64,000 bases of DNA, taken from contig JBFMAY010000003.1 in assembly GCA_040755455.1 (NCBI GenBank), positions 32,001 through 96,000 of the forward strand, written 5' to 3'. Position numbers and translations under genes: made by a program. This document shows positions 11,817 through 21,713 of the stretch, one piece after another (the stretch's first letter is position 1; every line of letters starts with the position of its first letter). The notes under the pieces are model-generated. The model worked only from the letters and a program-made list of their open reading frames with translations, did not search any database and was not told the origin of the DNA. The stretch is from Thermodesulfobacteriota bacterium. GTDB taxonomy: Bacteria; Desulfobacterota; Desulfobulbia; Desulfobulbales; SURF-16.

Positions 11817-12380
11817 TTACTTTTTACTGCGGGCATCAAGCAGCTTGAGGATGTCACTGGTGATGTCAATCTCGTCGGTTGCATAGAGAAGTCCGGTGCG
11901 GGACTGCAAACCTTTTTTGGTGTTTTCAAAGATCAGGGTGTAATTTTCTTTTTTACCGTAATCGGCGATGATATCGTGGAGATCCTTCAAGATCGGTTCC
12001 ATGATTTTCTTTTCCAGTTGTTTGAGTTCAAACTGGGCATCATCGGTCTTGAGCTTGAACTCTCTCATCTTCATCTGATAATCACGTTCCTTGCCCTCCA
12101 GGATCTCTTTACTCCATACAGAACGTTTTTTTTCAAGTTCAGCACCCTGAGCTTCAAGATCCTGCTGCTCTTTGCTGAACTTATCCTGATATTCCTGCAC
12201 CTTGCCCTGGAGCTGCTGCTGAGCGCTCTGGCCGGCCTTGGACTGGGTAAGCACATCCTGCAGACTGATAGTGGCAACTTTGAATCCTGCAGCTGCAGCC
12301 GAGAGTGCCTGGGCAGGGAAAACGAGAAGACAGAAAAGACTCATGACCAAAGCCCATCTGACTAATTGTGTAAATTTCAT
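11817..12380 (-). CDS. skp: OmpH/Skp family periplasmic chaperone
   Basis: Signal peptide, coiled coil, C-terminal LLYA..DIT. Confidence 0.85.
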   Translation of the reverse strand: MKFTQLVRWALVMSLFCLLVFPAQALSAAAAGFKVATISLQDVLTQSKAGQSAQQQLQGKVQEYQDKFSKEQQDLEAQGAELEKKRSVWSKEILEGKERDYQMKMREFKLKTDDAQFELKQLEKKIMEPILKDLHDIIADYGKKENYTLIFENTKKGLQSRTGLLYATDEIDITSDILKLLDARSKK

Positions 12381-12431
12381 AATATCTCCTTGTCAGTAAC
12401 GATTCGCCTGCTGTTCAGGCACGTATAATAC

Positions 12432-12465
12432 AAAAGCCGGTAAAGACTGAAAGTCTTCCCGGCTT
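12432..12465 (-). terminator. Intrinsic terminator after pal
   Basis: AAGCCGG..AAGACT-loop-AGTCTT..CCGGCTT hairpin with short T-tail on the minus strand. Confidence 0.55.
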
Positions 12466-12490
12466 CGTATGATTACCTAATTAAATGTGA

Positions 12491-13051
12491 TTACCGGATT
12501 ACAAAATCATCCCTTCTGTTCTGTGCCCAGGATAATTCATCATGTCCGTAAAGGAGAGGTTTTTCCTCGCCATAGCTCACGGTATTCAATCTGTCTTCCG
12601 CGATGCCAAGATTCATCAGGTATTTTTTGGCAGTCTGTGCTCTTCTTTCGCCCAGAGCCATATTGTATTCATTGGTGCCACGCTCGTCACAATTACCCTC
12701 AATGGCGATCATGACTTTAGCGTGGGCGCTCAGAAAATCTCCATTACCTTCCAATCTTGCTTTTTGGTCATCACGAATATTTGACTTGTCAAAGTCAAAA
12801 TAAACAGGAAGCATAGGTCCGTGGGTTCTTCCCTCGGAAATTTTTGCATTGGCCGCTGAATAAGGGTCTGAATCTAAAGATTCCTGAGCCCCCATCCTGT
12901 CACCGATATCCGCTTTTTTAACTGCCGGTACCTCTGCGGTGGGTTTTACTTCCTCGGTGGGAACGGTTTTCTTGGCGCAACCACCAGCCATGAATGAAAC
13001 TGAAACCATTAAAGAAGCCACAGCACACATCCGAAATAAATTACTTTTCAT
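12491..13051 (-). CDS. pal: Peptidoglycan-associated lipoprotein
   Basis: Start moved to MKSNLF (AGGAGA RBS); lipobox AGGC; YFDFDK, EGNCDERGTNEYNMALGERRA, SYGEEKP, NRR. Confidence 0.93.
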   Translation of the reverse strand: MKSNLFRMCAVASLMVSVSFMAGGCAKKTVPTEEVKPTAEVPAVKKADIGDRMGAQESLDSDPYSAANAKISEGRTHGPMLPVYFDFDKSNIRDDQKARLEGNGDFLSAHAKVMIAIEGNCDERGTNEYNMALGERRAQTAKKYLMNLGIAEDRLNTVSYGEEKPLLYGHDELSWAQNRRDDFVIR

Positions 13052-13383
13052 TCTTTGTCTCCTTTCTCGACAAAATATAACTCCCATCTCACAAAAAACC
13101 TTTAACACCTGGTAAGCTTTAACAAGCTCCCTTCTCTCAAAACAAAACTAAAGAATACTCACCGAAAATTCAACATGTTTTTTTATTTTATTTTTAAAAT
13201 CATTAATGATTTTAGCAGATGTCCCTCCTCTCGCCAAAAGTTGTTCTGTATTTTTTTCAGCCCCATTGCTCTCTCATGATCAATTTTGTTGCAAAATTTA
13301 TCATTTGAGTCAAAAATACAATCTAATGTAAACGCTAAATACGTTTTTTACAAATCACTATTATACCCTTATTATAAAAAAAA

Positions 13384-15549
13384 ATGAACAAATATATAGC
13401 AACAAACCGATGGGGCACTTTTTTCGGGGTTACCCAGCAAACCCTTGATTCAGTCTGGGACAATCTGACAAATCCCGCCGGAGATTCGGTCATCTACATC
13501 TCCATGGAAATCGGGGCGGACCGGGATGTCTATCACCCGGTAAAAAAAAGGCTGCAGCAGCCGGATATTGACAAAAACTCCACCAATCTGCTGCGCCATT
13601 TCTCCAGATTATTTTTGAACGGACCGGAAAAAATACCGAATTACGGCGGCGGTCTCGGCATTTTGGCCGGCGATACCCTGAAAAGTTTTGCCGATCTGAA
13701 AATACCTGCCATCGCCGTCTCCCTGCTTTACCGCAAGGGCTATTTTTCCCAGCTTGTCGACTCCCGTCTCGGCCAGATTTCCACGGCAACCGACTGGTCC
13801 CCTGAAAACACCCCTTCCCTCTATTTAATGAAAAACCCAGATTTCCCTGACCTGCCATTGGAAATTGAAGTTCCTTTTTATGACGGACATGACAAAGAGG
13901 TCCTGGCCAGGGCCAGATTGTGGCTGAAAATGGAGGTAAGCGCAAACCTTGATTTTTTTATTCCGGAAATACTCCTTGATTACAGCATTCCCTCTTCACC
14001 TGAATGGATCAGGCAGGTTGCCCAGAGTCTTTATGACAGCATATCAGATCAGGCCAAGGCTGTGCAACGTCGTCTGCTTGGCGCTTCCATTGTAACCATC
14101 AAAAAAACCCTCGGCTTGACCGCCAGAACCATCCATCTGAACGAGCAGCACGGGGTGGTCGTTGTTTTGAATCTTATTGCGGAATGGCTTGCCGAAAAAA
14201 TAGGGGCGAACTATCCTGTCAAGGCAACGGACCGGGATATCTTGCAGGCGGCGGAAGCTGTGGCAAAAAATATCGTTTTCACCATCCACACGCCTGTCAA
14301 GGCTGGCCACGATCGTTTCGACAAGAATATCATCAGCCAGATCGGCCATGCTTTCTGCGGCAGGATTCTCCACCTGCTGGCCCAGGATGATGAAAACCCC
14401 AATCAGTTCAATTTCACCAAGCTGGCCATGCGGGTCAACCGGTCCACCAACAGCGTGAGCAGGCTGCACAAGGCCGTCACCCAGAAGCAGTTTCCGCAGT
14501 TTGCCGGAAAAATAACCGCCATTACCAACGGAGTGCACCATCTGACCTGGATAAGTGATGCCAAGGCCGCACTTTACGACAGCTTTTCAGAACTGAAAAA
14601 CTGGCGTGAAGATCCTGCAGTCTTTGTCAATACCGGGCTGCTCTCCAGCTCTGAAGATTTCCGCGAAAGCTTTGAACTGGCATGGCAGCAGGATACCAAA
14701 AAACTGATCAGCTATATCAACAATATGCTTTCCCTGCATCGTAAGCAGATGCATGAAACATGGATTGACCCTCCGAACTATCTTTCCAACCTGGACGACG
14801 GCGAGCATGTCCTCACCCCTGACGTCTTTACCATCGGTTTTGCCAGGAGATTCTCCACCTACAAGCGCGCTGATCTGATTTTTGATGATATGGACAGGCT
14901 GGCGGATATCATTGTCAGCAATAATTATCCGGTGAATTTTATCTATGCCGGCAAGGCGCATCCCTCGGACGAGCCGGGGAAGTCCATCATCAAGCTGGTG
15001 CTTGATCTGCAGGATGATCTGTATATCAAAACCAAGGGCCTGGGCAAACTGATTTTTATCCCCGGCTATGACATGAATATCGCTAAAATGATGGTTTCCG
15101 GAGTGCATGCCTGGCTGAACAGCCCGAAAAGGCCTCTTGAGGCCAGCGGCACGAGCGGCATGAAGGCCGCCATGAACGGTATCCCGAATATCAGCACCAT
15201 GGACGGCTGGTGGGTTGAGGGATATCATGACGGCAAAACCGGCTGGAAATTCGGTTACGAGGCGGAAATCGAAAATGCCTGCCTGAGCGAAGCGCCATCC
15301 ACCCTGCTGTACGAGCAGGACTCGGCATCATTTTACGAAATTTTCCCCAAAATACTGGCAACGTTTTACGAGAGGAACCTGCACTCCCAGTATATTGATA
15401 AATGCATCCATAATCTGCAGCTCAACTGCCCGATATTCAACACCCATCGCATGGCGGCGGAATATGTTGAGCGCTACAATCTGCAGCTGCCTGACCAGCT
15501 CAGCAGACGCTTGCAGAAGCTGAGAAAAATTTACCAGAGTGACATGTAA
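13384..15549 (+). CDS. glgP: Alpha-glucan (glycogen/starch) phosphorylase
   Basis: GGLGILAGD, FTIHTP, ITNGVH, ARRFSTYKRA, AGKAHP, EASGTSGMKA (PLP lysine). Confidence 0.88.
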   Translation: MNKYIATNRWGTFFGVTQQTLDSVWDNLTNPAGDSVIYISMEIGADRDVYHPVKKRLQQPDIDKNSTNLLRHFSRLFLNGPEKIPNYGGGLGILAGDTLKSFADLKIPAIAVSLLYRKGYFSQLVDSRLGQISTATDWSPENTPSLYLMKNPDFPDLPLEIEVPFYDGHDKEVLARARLWLKMEVSANLDFFIPEILLDYSIPSSPEWIRQVAQSLYDSISDQAKAVQRRLLGASIVTIKKTLGLTARTIHLNEQHGVVVVLNLIAEWLAEKIGANYPVKATDRDILQAAEAVAKNIVFTIHTPVKAGHDRFDKNIISQIGHAFCGRILHLLAQDDENPNQFNFTKLAMRVNRSTNSVSRLHKAVTQKQFPQFAGKITAITNGVHHLTWISDAKAALYDSFSELKNWREDPAVFVNTGLLSSSEDFRESFELAWQQDTKKLISYINNMLSLHRKQMHETWIDPPNYLSNLDDGEHVLTPDVFTIGFARRFSTYKRADLIFDDMDRLADIIVSNNYPVNFIYAGKAHPSDEPGKSIIKLVLDLQDDLYIKTKGLGKLIFIPGYDMNIAKMMVSGVHAWLNSPKRPLEASGTSGMKAAMNGIPNISTMDGWWVEGYHDGKTGWKFGYEAEIENACLSEAPSTLLYEQDSASFYEIFPKILATFYERNLHSQYIDKCIHNLQLNCPIFNTHRMAAEYVERYNLQLPDQLSRRLQKLRKIYQSDM

Positions 15550-15555
15550 AAAAAG

Positions 15556-15582
15556 TCAAGTTTCCACCGGAAATTCCGATCT
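15556..15582 (+). promoter_or_regulatory. Candidate sigma28 (FliA) promoter
   Basis: TCAAG-N14-TCCGATCT upstream of the 15640 gene. Confidence 0.4.
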
Positions 15583-15639
15583 GTTTTTATAAGTGAAAAT
15601 TTATAAAAAAATGCAATCGCGAAAAACCGGAGGAAAGAC

Positions 15640-16539
15640 ATGACAAGTCCAATTCAGCAGAGCAATGCCACGACCTATCTCCCATCCCGGCTTTCCTCAC
15701 CCGCGCCGCAGAAGGGCTACGAAAATTACAGCGAAGCCATGACCCAGCGCAATGAAGCCGACATCTCGTTCACCACGGCTGAAGGTGATGTGGTAACCAT
15801 CTCCAATTATCATGAGCAGGCATATTCCCTTGCCGCGGAAAAGTGGAGCACTCCCTTGCAGCAGGGCATGAATTTCACCGCCTCCGTATTGAATGCGGAT
15901 GCCGTCAGCCTGTCCGTTACCGGGGATCTTAACGAGGAAGAACTGGCGGATATCCAAAATCTGCTGGTTGAGCTGACCTCCATTGCCGGAAGCTTTTTCA
16001 GCGGCAATCTGGACAAAGCCATGGATGACGCCATGAATATCGGGGATATGGGTTCCATTGCCCGGCTTTCCGCCTCCTTCAGCTATAATGCCAACTGGTC
16101 CGCCTCATCACAGATAACGGATTACCATCCTGTTCCGGCCTCAGAAGAGCTTGGTGATTCCCTCGCCGATATTTTCGCCCAACTGCCGGAGATCATTGAT
16201 CAGGCGCATACCGATGAGATGAAATACGCCGAGATGCTGCAGGCCCAATGGAAGCAGATCAAGGAATTCCTCGAGGCGAACAAGGCTGATCCTGTTCCCG
16301 CCCTTGATCCTCTCCCCGTCCAGGAGGAGGCGAACACTCCAGCGGCCCGTCAGATGATGAACAAAGTGCGAGAAACGGTTGCCAGACATCCCAGGCTTGC
16401 GCCGTTTAGTGTGCCGCTGGCCCATGAGGCCATTGACAACAAGTCCGAGAGCATGCTGCATCCGGCCCTTTTCAGTCAGAAAAATATGCTGAAAGACAAT
16501 TTTCTGCAGGAATTCACTGACTGGATGTACGCTGTTTAA
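15640..16539 (+). CDS. Hypothetical protein (TTAEGDVVTI / GDLNEEEL motifs)
   Basis: 299 aa ORF with GGAGG RBS; S/T/Q-rich N-terminus, no Sec signal. Confidence 0.75.
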   Translation: MTSPIQQSNATTYLPSRLSSPAPQKGYENYSEAMTQRNEADISFTTAEGDVVTISNYHEQAYSLAAEKWSTPLQQGMNFTASVLNADAVSLSVTGDLNEEELADIQNLLVELTSIAGSFFSGNLDKAMDDAMNIGDMGSIARLSASFSYNANWSASSQITDYHPVPASEELGDSLADIFAQLPEIIDQAHTDEMKYAEMLQAQWKQIKEFLEANKADPVPALDPLPVQEEANTPAARQMMNKVRETVARHPRLAPFSVPLAHEAIDNKSESMLHPALFSQKNMLKDNFLQEFTDWMYAV

Positions 16540-16719
16540 GCCATCAGCCTCGCCGTTCCTGCACCATCCAAGATGCCAAGCCCGGCAGCTTCTTTGGGTC
16601 GCCTTGCCGTCCCGGTGCTGCCGGGTCTTCCCTCTTCCGCCTGTGGAAAACGGAACAAATCCCCTCTTGCGCAACTGATAGTTTTGACTTTTTTCTTGCG
16701 ATTTTTTATAGTTTACACC

Positions 16720-17547
16720 ATGTGGAACTCAAAAGACGTTTATTATATTTCAGACAGCACCGGCATCCTGGTGACCAATCTTGGTCAGGCCCTTACCTGT
16801 CAGTTTCCGGAAATCAACTTTGTTGAGGAGAGTTATCCTTTTGTACGCACGATCAGCCAGGCGAAGGAAATTGCCAGAACGATCCAGAAGCGTTCGGCGG
16901 GTAGAAGGCCCCTGGTCTTTATCTCCATCATGGATCCGGAAATCCGCAGGATCTTCGATAACCCCGAAGTGGATTTTTTTGATATTTTCGGCTCCCTGCT
17001 GGATGATCTTGAGCGGTCGCTGGAAACCAAAGCCTTGCGGGTGCCGGGATTCTCCCACCACATGGATGGCATGGAAATGGGGAGACGGGTTGAGGCCATT
17101 CATTACTGCCTGGAACACGATGACGGCACCAAAAGTTATGAGTACAATGAGGCGGATATCATCATTCTCGGTGTCTCCAGGGCCGGCAAAACACCGGTCA
17201 GCGTTTATCTGGCCACCCAGATGGGCTATAAGGCGGCCAATTTTCCCCTGACCAGTGAATATCTGAATCAATATAAGCTCCCGCCCGCATTGAAGGCGGT
17301 AATCAAACGTCTGGTGGGGCTCACCACCTCGCCGGAATTGCTCAGCAGCGTCAGGGAAAAACGCTACCCGGCCAGTAAATATGCCAAAATTTCCACCTGC
17401 AGGGAGGAAATTGAACAGGCTGAAGAGATCTATCGCCGCAATGGCATTCCCAGCGTCTCATCATCAGGAAAATCCATCGAAGAAATAGCCACCCAGATTT
17501 GTCAGGTTGTCGACCTGCCCAAAAAGAAAGTAATGCTGCACCCCTAA
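16720..17547 (+). CDS. ppsR: PEP synthase / pyruvate dikinase regulatory kinase-pyrophosphorylase (DUF299)
   Basis: ISDSTG, HDDG, ILGVSRAGKTP, AANFPL, SIEEIA; start moved to MWNSK. Confidence 0.88.
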   Translation: MWNSKDVYYISDSTGILVTNLGQALTCQFPEINFVEESYPFVRTISQAKEIARTIQKRSAGRRPLVFISIMDPEIRRIFDNPEVDFFDIFGSLLDDLERSLETKALRVPGFSHHMDGMEMGRRVEAIHYCLEHDDGTKSYEYNEADIIILGVSRAGKTPVSVYLATQMGYKAANFPLTSEYLNQYKLPPALKAVIKRLVGLTTSPELLSSVREKRYPASKYAKISTCREEIEQAEEIYRRNGIPSVSSSGKSIEEIATQICQVVDLPKKKVMLHP

Positions 17548-18374
17548 CAGACGACTTCGTTGCATTCTCCGGAGCCAAGGACCCCGTCCGCCAGGTGGAT
17601 ATGGCCGATTTTTCTCCAGTCGCGGTCAAGCAAGGCGCATCCCCAGGCGTCTATTGCCACCGGATCAAATCCTGCGGCGAGCTTGTTTTTCGCAGGCGAG
17701 CAGACCGGCCCCCAGAGGTGGGCCTCGGGCATGCCCACCGTGGCATCAAGGATGGTAAAATCAGGGCTCCGGTAGCGGTTCAGATCAAAAATGGCCGCAT
17801 GGATGCCACGGTGGAAAGAGGCCTTTTTCCAGTGCCCGCCCTGCTGATAATGCCCCGGCGGAGCGGTTCCCATCATGTTTTTCATGGTAAGGGTCACACC
17901 GGCCAGGCTGTGCGCCTTCAGCACCGGCACAGACAGGAGAAAGCAGTCAAAAAGGACGCCCGGCAAAAAGATCTGCGGAAACCGGGGGAAATCTTTATTC
18001 TCCTTGGCTAGGCATGTTTCTTCGTTTAAATCGAGCAGGTCGACTTTCTTTTCGACTGCCAGTTGCGCATAGCCGAGTTGTTGAAAAACATGCCATGTGT
18101 CGTATTTGGCTGAGCCGCAGCCCTCACCGATCAAGATCGCGCAATGGGGAGCTGCTCGCCGCAGCCAATCGATCAGCGAGCCGATTAGAGCGACAGGGGT
18201 GGTGATCGGCGGCGGCAGGGCCTCAACCAGGTTGGGTTTGAGCAATATCCTCTGCCGGCCTTTGAGTTCATCCGCCAGTCCGCTTTTGTCCAGCAAAGTC
18301 TTGAGGCTTTTGTCCCAGCTTGTATAATCAATGGAAAAAACAGTGCCTTTTTTGGGCTTTTCTGATATTTGCAT
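17544..18374 (-). CDS. DUF362 domain protein
   Basis: LLKPNL, PVLKAH, TLTMKNMMG, DPVAID. Confidence 0.85.
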   Translation of the reverse strand: MQISEKPKKGTVFSIDYTSWDKSLKTLLDKSGLADELKGRQRILLKPNLVEALPPPITTPVALIGSLIDWLRRAAPHCAILIGEGCGSAKYDTWHVFQQLGYAQLAVEKKVDLLDLNEETCLAKENKDFPRFPQIFLPGVLFDCFLLSVPVLKAHSLAGVTLTMKNMMGTAPPGHYQQGGHWKKASFHRGIHAAIFDLNRYRSPDFTILDATVGMPEAHLWGPVCSPAKNKLAAGFDPVAIDAWGCALLDRDWRKIGHIHLADGVLGSGECNEVVC

Positions 18375-18489
18375 GTCAACAATTCAAGGTGTAGATAATC
18401 CGCCGCCGGAACAAAGGTTTTTCTTTCTCGGCGGTCGGTTGCCGTTCCTCAGCAGTTGCGCGTTTTTTCTTCATATCCTGTGATTTTCT

Positions 18490-20457
18490 ATGATTACCAT
18501 TAATAACCTTTCCATTCAATACGGTGCCAAGCACTTATTTAAAAATATATCCGGCCGCCTCAACAGCCGGGACAGAATCGGCCTGGTCGGCGTCAACGGG
18601 GCGGGCAAGTCAACGCTGTTAAAGATTCTCGCCGGCATTGGCGAAGCGGATCCCGGTGTTGTCACTCGGGCAAAACAGGTCACCTGCGGCTACCTGCCCC
18701 AGGAGATTGTCGGCCTTGATCCGGGCAAGACGCTTTATGAGGAAGCGGAAAGCATTTTTGCCCCACTGCTGGCAAAACAAAAAGAGCTGGATGCAATCAA
18801 CATCAGGCTCTCGGCCCCCCAGGAAAACCAAGCCGTTATGGAGGACCTGCTCAAGCGCCAGGGCGAACTGCAGCATGAACTTGATCACTCAAACGTTTTC
18901 CGCATCAAGGCGACCATTGAAAAGGTTCTTGCCGGCCTGGGATTTCAGGAAAGCGATCTGCAGCGCGTCTGCCAGTCGTTCAGCGGCGGCTGGCTGATGC
19001 GCCTGATGCTGGCCAAGCAGCTGCTCGCCGCCCCGTCCTTTCTCTTTCTCGATGAACCGACCAACCATCTTGACATTGAATCATTGACCTGGCTTGAGGA
19101 GTTTTTATCCTCCTATCCGGGGGCATTGATCATCGTCTCCCACGACCGGACGTTTCTCGACAACATGACCAGCATTACCTGGGAATTGAGCCTGGGCAAT
19201 CTCACCGTGTACAAGGGGAATTACTCCAGTTATGTAAAGGAAAAGGAACTGCGACTGCAGATCCAGCGGGCCGCCTATGCCAACCAGCAGGCCAAGATCG
19301 ACCAGACGAAACGCTTTATCGACCGGTTCCGGGCCAAGTCAACCAAGGCCAAACAGGCCCAGAGCCGCATGCGGCAGCTCGAGAAAATGGATATCATCGA
19401 GCTTGAGGATACCGAGCAGAAAATTTCCTTCCGCTTCCCGCCGGCCCCGGCCAGCGGCCGGCTGGCCATTGCCGTAAACGATCTGGGTAAAAGCTACGGC
19501 AGTAGAGAGGTTTTTGTCCATCTCGATTTTGAGCTGCAACGCGGCGACAAGATGGCCGTGGTCGGGGTGAACGGCGCCGGCAAATCAACCCTGGTGAAAA
19601 TTCTAGCCGGACTGACCCCGGCCAGTAGCGGCTCCATCCGTTTGGGGCACAACGTTACCCTCTCCTACTTCGGTCAGCACCAGGCCCAGGAACTTGCTCC
19701 CCAGTATACGGTCCTTGAGACCATCAACCAGGTTGATGCGGATAAAACCGTCACCCAGACCAGATCACTGCTGGGGGCATTCCTGTTCAAAGGGGAAGAG
19801 GTGGACAAAAAAGTCCAGGTCCTGTCAGGGGGCGAAAAAAGCCGGCTGGCCCTGGCCAAGATGATCGCCACCCCGGCCAACCTGCTCATCATGGATGAAC
19901 CAACCAACCATCTTGACATGATATCCCAGGAGATACTGCAGGATGCCCTGGCCCAGTATGACGGCACCATCATCATTGTCAGCCATAACCGCTATTTTCT
20001 CGATCATTTCGTCAACAAGGTGCTGGAGATAAAAAACGGCGGGGCCACGGTCTTTGAGGGGAATCTGGCCTATTATCTTGAAAAAACCGCCAAGGAGAGA
20101 CAGCATGCCGCCCAGGTTGAAACTGTCTGCGCTCCGGTAGAATCGCCCACGGCCTCGCCGGTAAAGGGGAAAAAAGCGAGGCAGGAACAGGCAAAACTCA
20201 GAGAGGAGAAAAACAGTCTGTTGAGACCCTATCTGACAAAAATCAAGGAAGCGGAAAAAGAGATCGACCAACTTGAAGCCCGCAAAGCAGAACTTGAGAT
20301 TTTGCTGGCAGACCCTGAGCTGTATAAAGACCAGGAGATCTTTTCCGAAAAAAGCAAGGAGTATGCTGCGGTTGAACGCAGACTGAGCCGTTTCTACCAG
20401 CAGTGGGAGATCAATCAGGAGAAAGTCGAACAAATTGAAAACTCGTTTTCAGCATAA
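18490..20457 (+). CDS. ABC-F family ATPase
   Basis: Two NBDs (GVNGAGKST twice, FSGG/LSGGEK, DEPTNHLD twice), no TM segment, C-terminal coiled coil. Confidence 0.92.
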   Translation: MITINNLSIQYGAKHLFKNISGRLNSRDRIGLVGVNGAGKSTLLKILAGIGEADPGVVTRAKQVTCGYLPQEIVGLDPGKTLYEEAESIFAPLLAKQKELDAINIRLSAPQENQAVMEDLLKRQGELQHELDHSNVFRIKATIEKVLAGLGFQESDLQRVCQSFSGGWLMRLMLAKQLLAAPSFLFLDEPTNHLDIESLTWLEEFLSSYPGALIIVSHDRTFLDNMTSITWELSLGNLTVYKGNYSSYVKEKELRLQIQRAAYANQQAKIDQTKRFIDRFRAKSTKAKQAQSRMRQLEKMDIIELEDTEQKISFRFPPAPASGRLAIAVNDLGKSYGSREVFVHLDFELQRGDKMAVVGVNGAGKSTLVKILAGLTPASSGSIRLGHNVTLSYFGQHQAQELAPQYTVLETINQVDADKTVTQTRSLLGAFLFKGEEVDKKVQVLSGGEKSRLALAKMIATPANLLIMDEPTNHLDMISQEILQDALAQYDGTIIIVSHNRYFLDHFVNKVLEIKNGGATVFEGNLAYYLEKTAKERQHAAQVETVCAPVESPTASPVKGKKARQEQAKLREEKNSLLRPYLTKIKEAEKEIDQLEARKAELEILLADPELYKDQEIFSEKSKEYAAVERRLSRFYQQWEINQEKVEQIENSFSA

Positions 20458-20805
20458 GGCGATATCAGTAAAGTAGTTTACGGTTAAGAATGCTCTCACC
20501 TGCCCATTTTCGGTTGCTTTGCCATGGGGGGAAATCCATCCTCTGTTTTTTTTGAATATGTATTCATTTTATTTTATATTAAGATGACAACTTCTTGACC
20601 ATCATAAAAAATGCCAGTAATGTCGTAACGGTGTCCTCTGGAAGCTGCGAGACAATACGCGCCGGAAAAACAGCTGAAGCCCAGGACCATGGTCAAATAT
20701 TCATCCTGTGTTGACGGTTTTTTTTAATGACGAAAGATAATGAGCTGAAAAGTATTTTAAGCCTTGCATAAAACTTGAACACCTGAATTTCACTGGAGGA
20801 TTGAA

Positions 20806-21618
20806 ATGAAAAAAGTATTGAAAAACGCTTTTCTTGCCGTAAGTTTTTCCGCCTTGTTTGCTGCAGCACCTTTGGCGATGGCTTCTGACCAGGGGAATGA
20901 ACACGGCGGAGGCCATGGTGGTGCTGCCGCCTCGGCCCAAGCTGAAGTATCTGCCAGCGATACGATGAGGGAGGTCATTGAAGGAAACGAAAGATTCAAA
21001 ATGAACCATGACAGCCACTATTTTGATATGTTTCAGGACAGTCAGGTTCCTGTCCTGACCGTGGTCACCTGTTCCGACTCCCGGGTGCACACCCATCTTT
21101 TCGGATTTGTGCCGGACAACAATATCTTCGTGATCAGAAATATCGGCAATCAGGTGGTTAACGCGGAAGGTTCCGTTGAATATGGCGTGCGCCACCTGCC
21201 GACAAAGGTGCTCATGATCATGGGTCATTCGAGCTGTGGCGCCGTTAAGGCGGCCATGGGTGATTACTCCGGCGAAACACCGGCGATCAAAAAAGAACTT
21301 GATCCGTTGAAACCGGTTATCGCCCTCGACGACCACAGCGGCGAGTTCAAGGAACGCTGGGCAAAGAATGTCGAGCGTAATGTCGATTATCAGGTTGATT
21401 ATTCCATAAAGCTTTATCAAGAGAAAGTTACCCACGGTGATCTGGTGGTGGTTGGAGCTGTTTATGATTTTAATGATATTTACGGTCAGGGACGCGGCTC
21501 GCTGATCATCACCAACATCAATGGCGAGAAGTCTCCGAACCAGATCATGCAGCATCCGGTGATGAAGGATCTCACCCGTGGACCGATCGTCACCCATGTG
21601 AGCAGCCGGGCCCAATAA
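20806..21618 (+). CDS. Beta-class carbonic anhydrase with signal peptide
   Basis: CSDSR, IRNIGN, HSSCGA; hydrophobic leader ending AMA. Confidence 0.9.
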   Translation: MKKVLKNAFLAVSFSALFAAAPLAMASDQGNEHGGGHGGAAASAQAEVSASDTMREVIEGNERFKMNHDSHYFDMFQDSQVPVLTVVTCSDSRVHTHLFGFVPDNNIFVIRNIGNQVVNAEGSVEYGVRHLPTKVLMIMGHSSCGAVKAAMGDYSGETPAIKKELDPLKPVIALDDHSGEFKERWAKNVERNVDYQVDYSIKLYQEKVTHGDLVVVGAVYDFNDIYGQGRGSLIITNINGEKSPNQIMQHPVMKDLTRGPIVTHVSSRAQ

Positions 21619-21660
21619 ACTTCCGGTGAATCATACAGATAGCTGTTGTGTCTGCCAAAC

Positions 21661-21698
21661 ACCCACAGTGGCCGTTGCGCCTCTGTGGGTACTTTTTT
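21661..21698 (+). terminator. Intrinsic terminator
   Basis: ACCCACAG..CTGTGGGT stem followed by a T6 run. Confidence 0.6.
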
Positions 21699-21713
21699 GC
21701 TAGCGGGAATACT

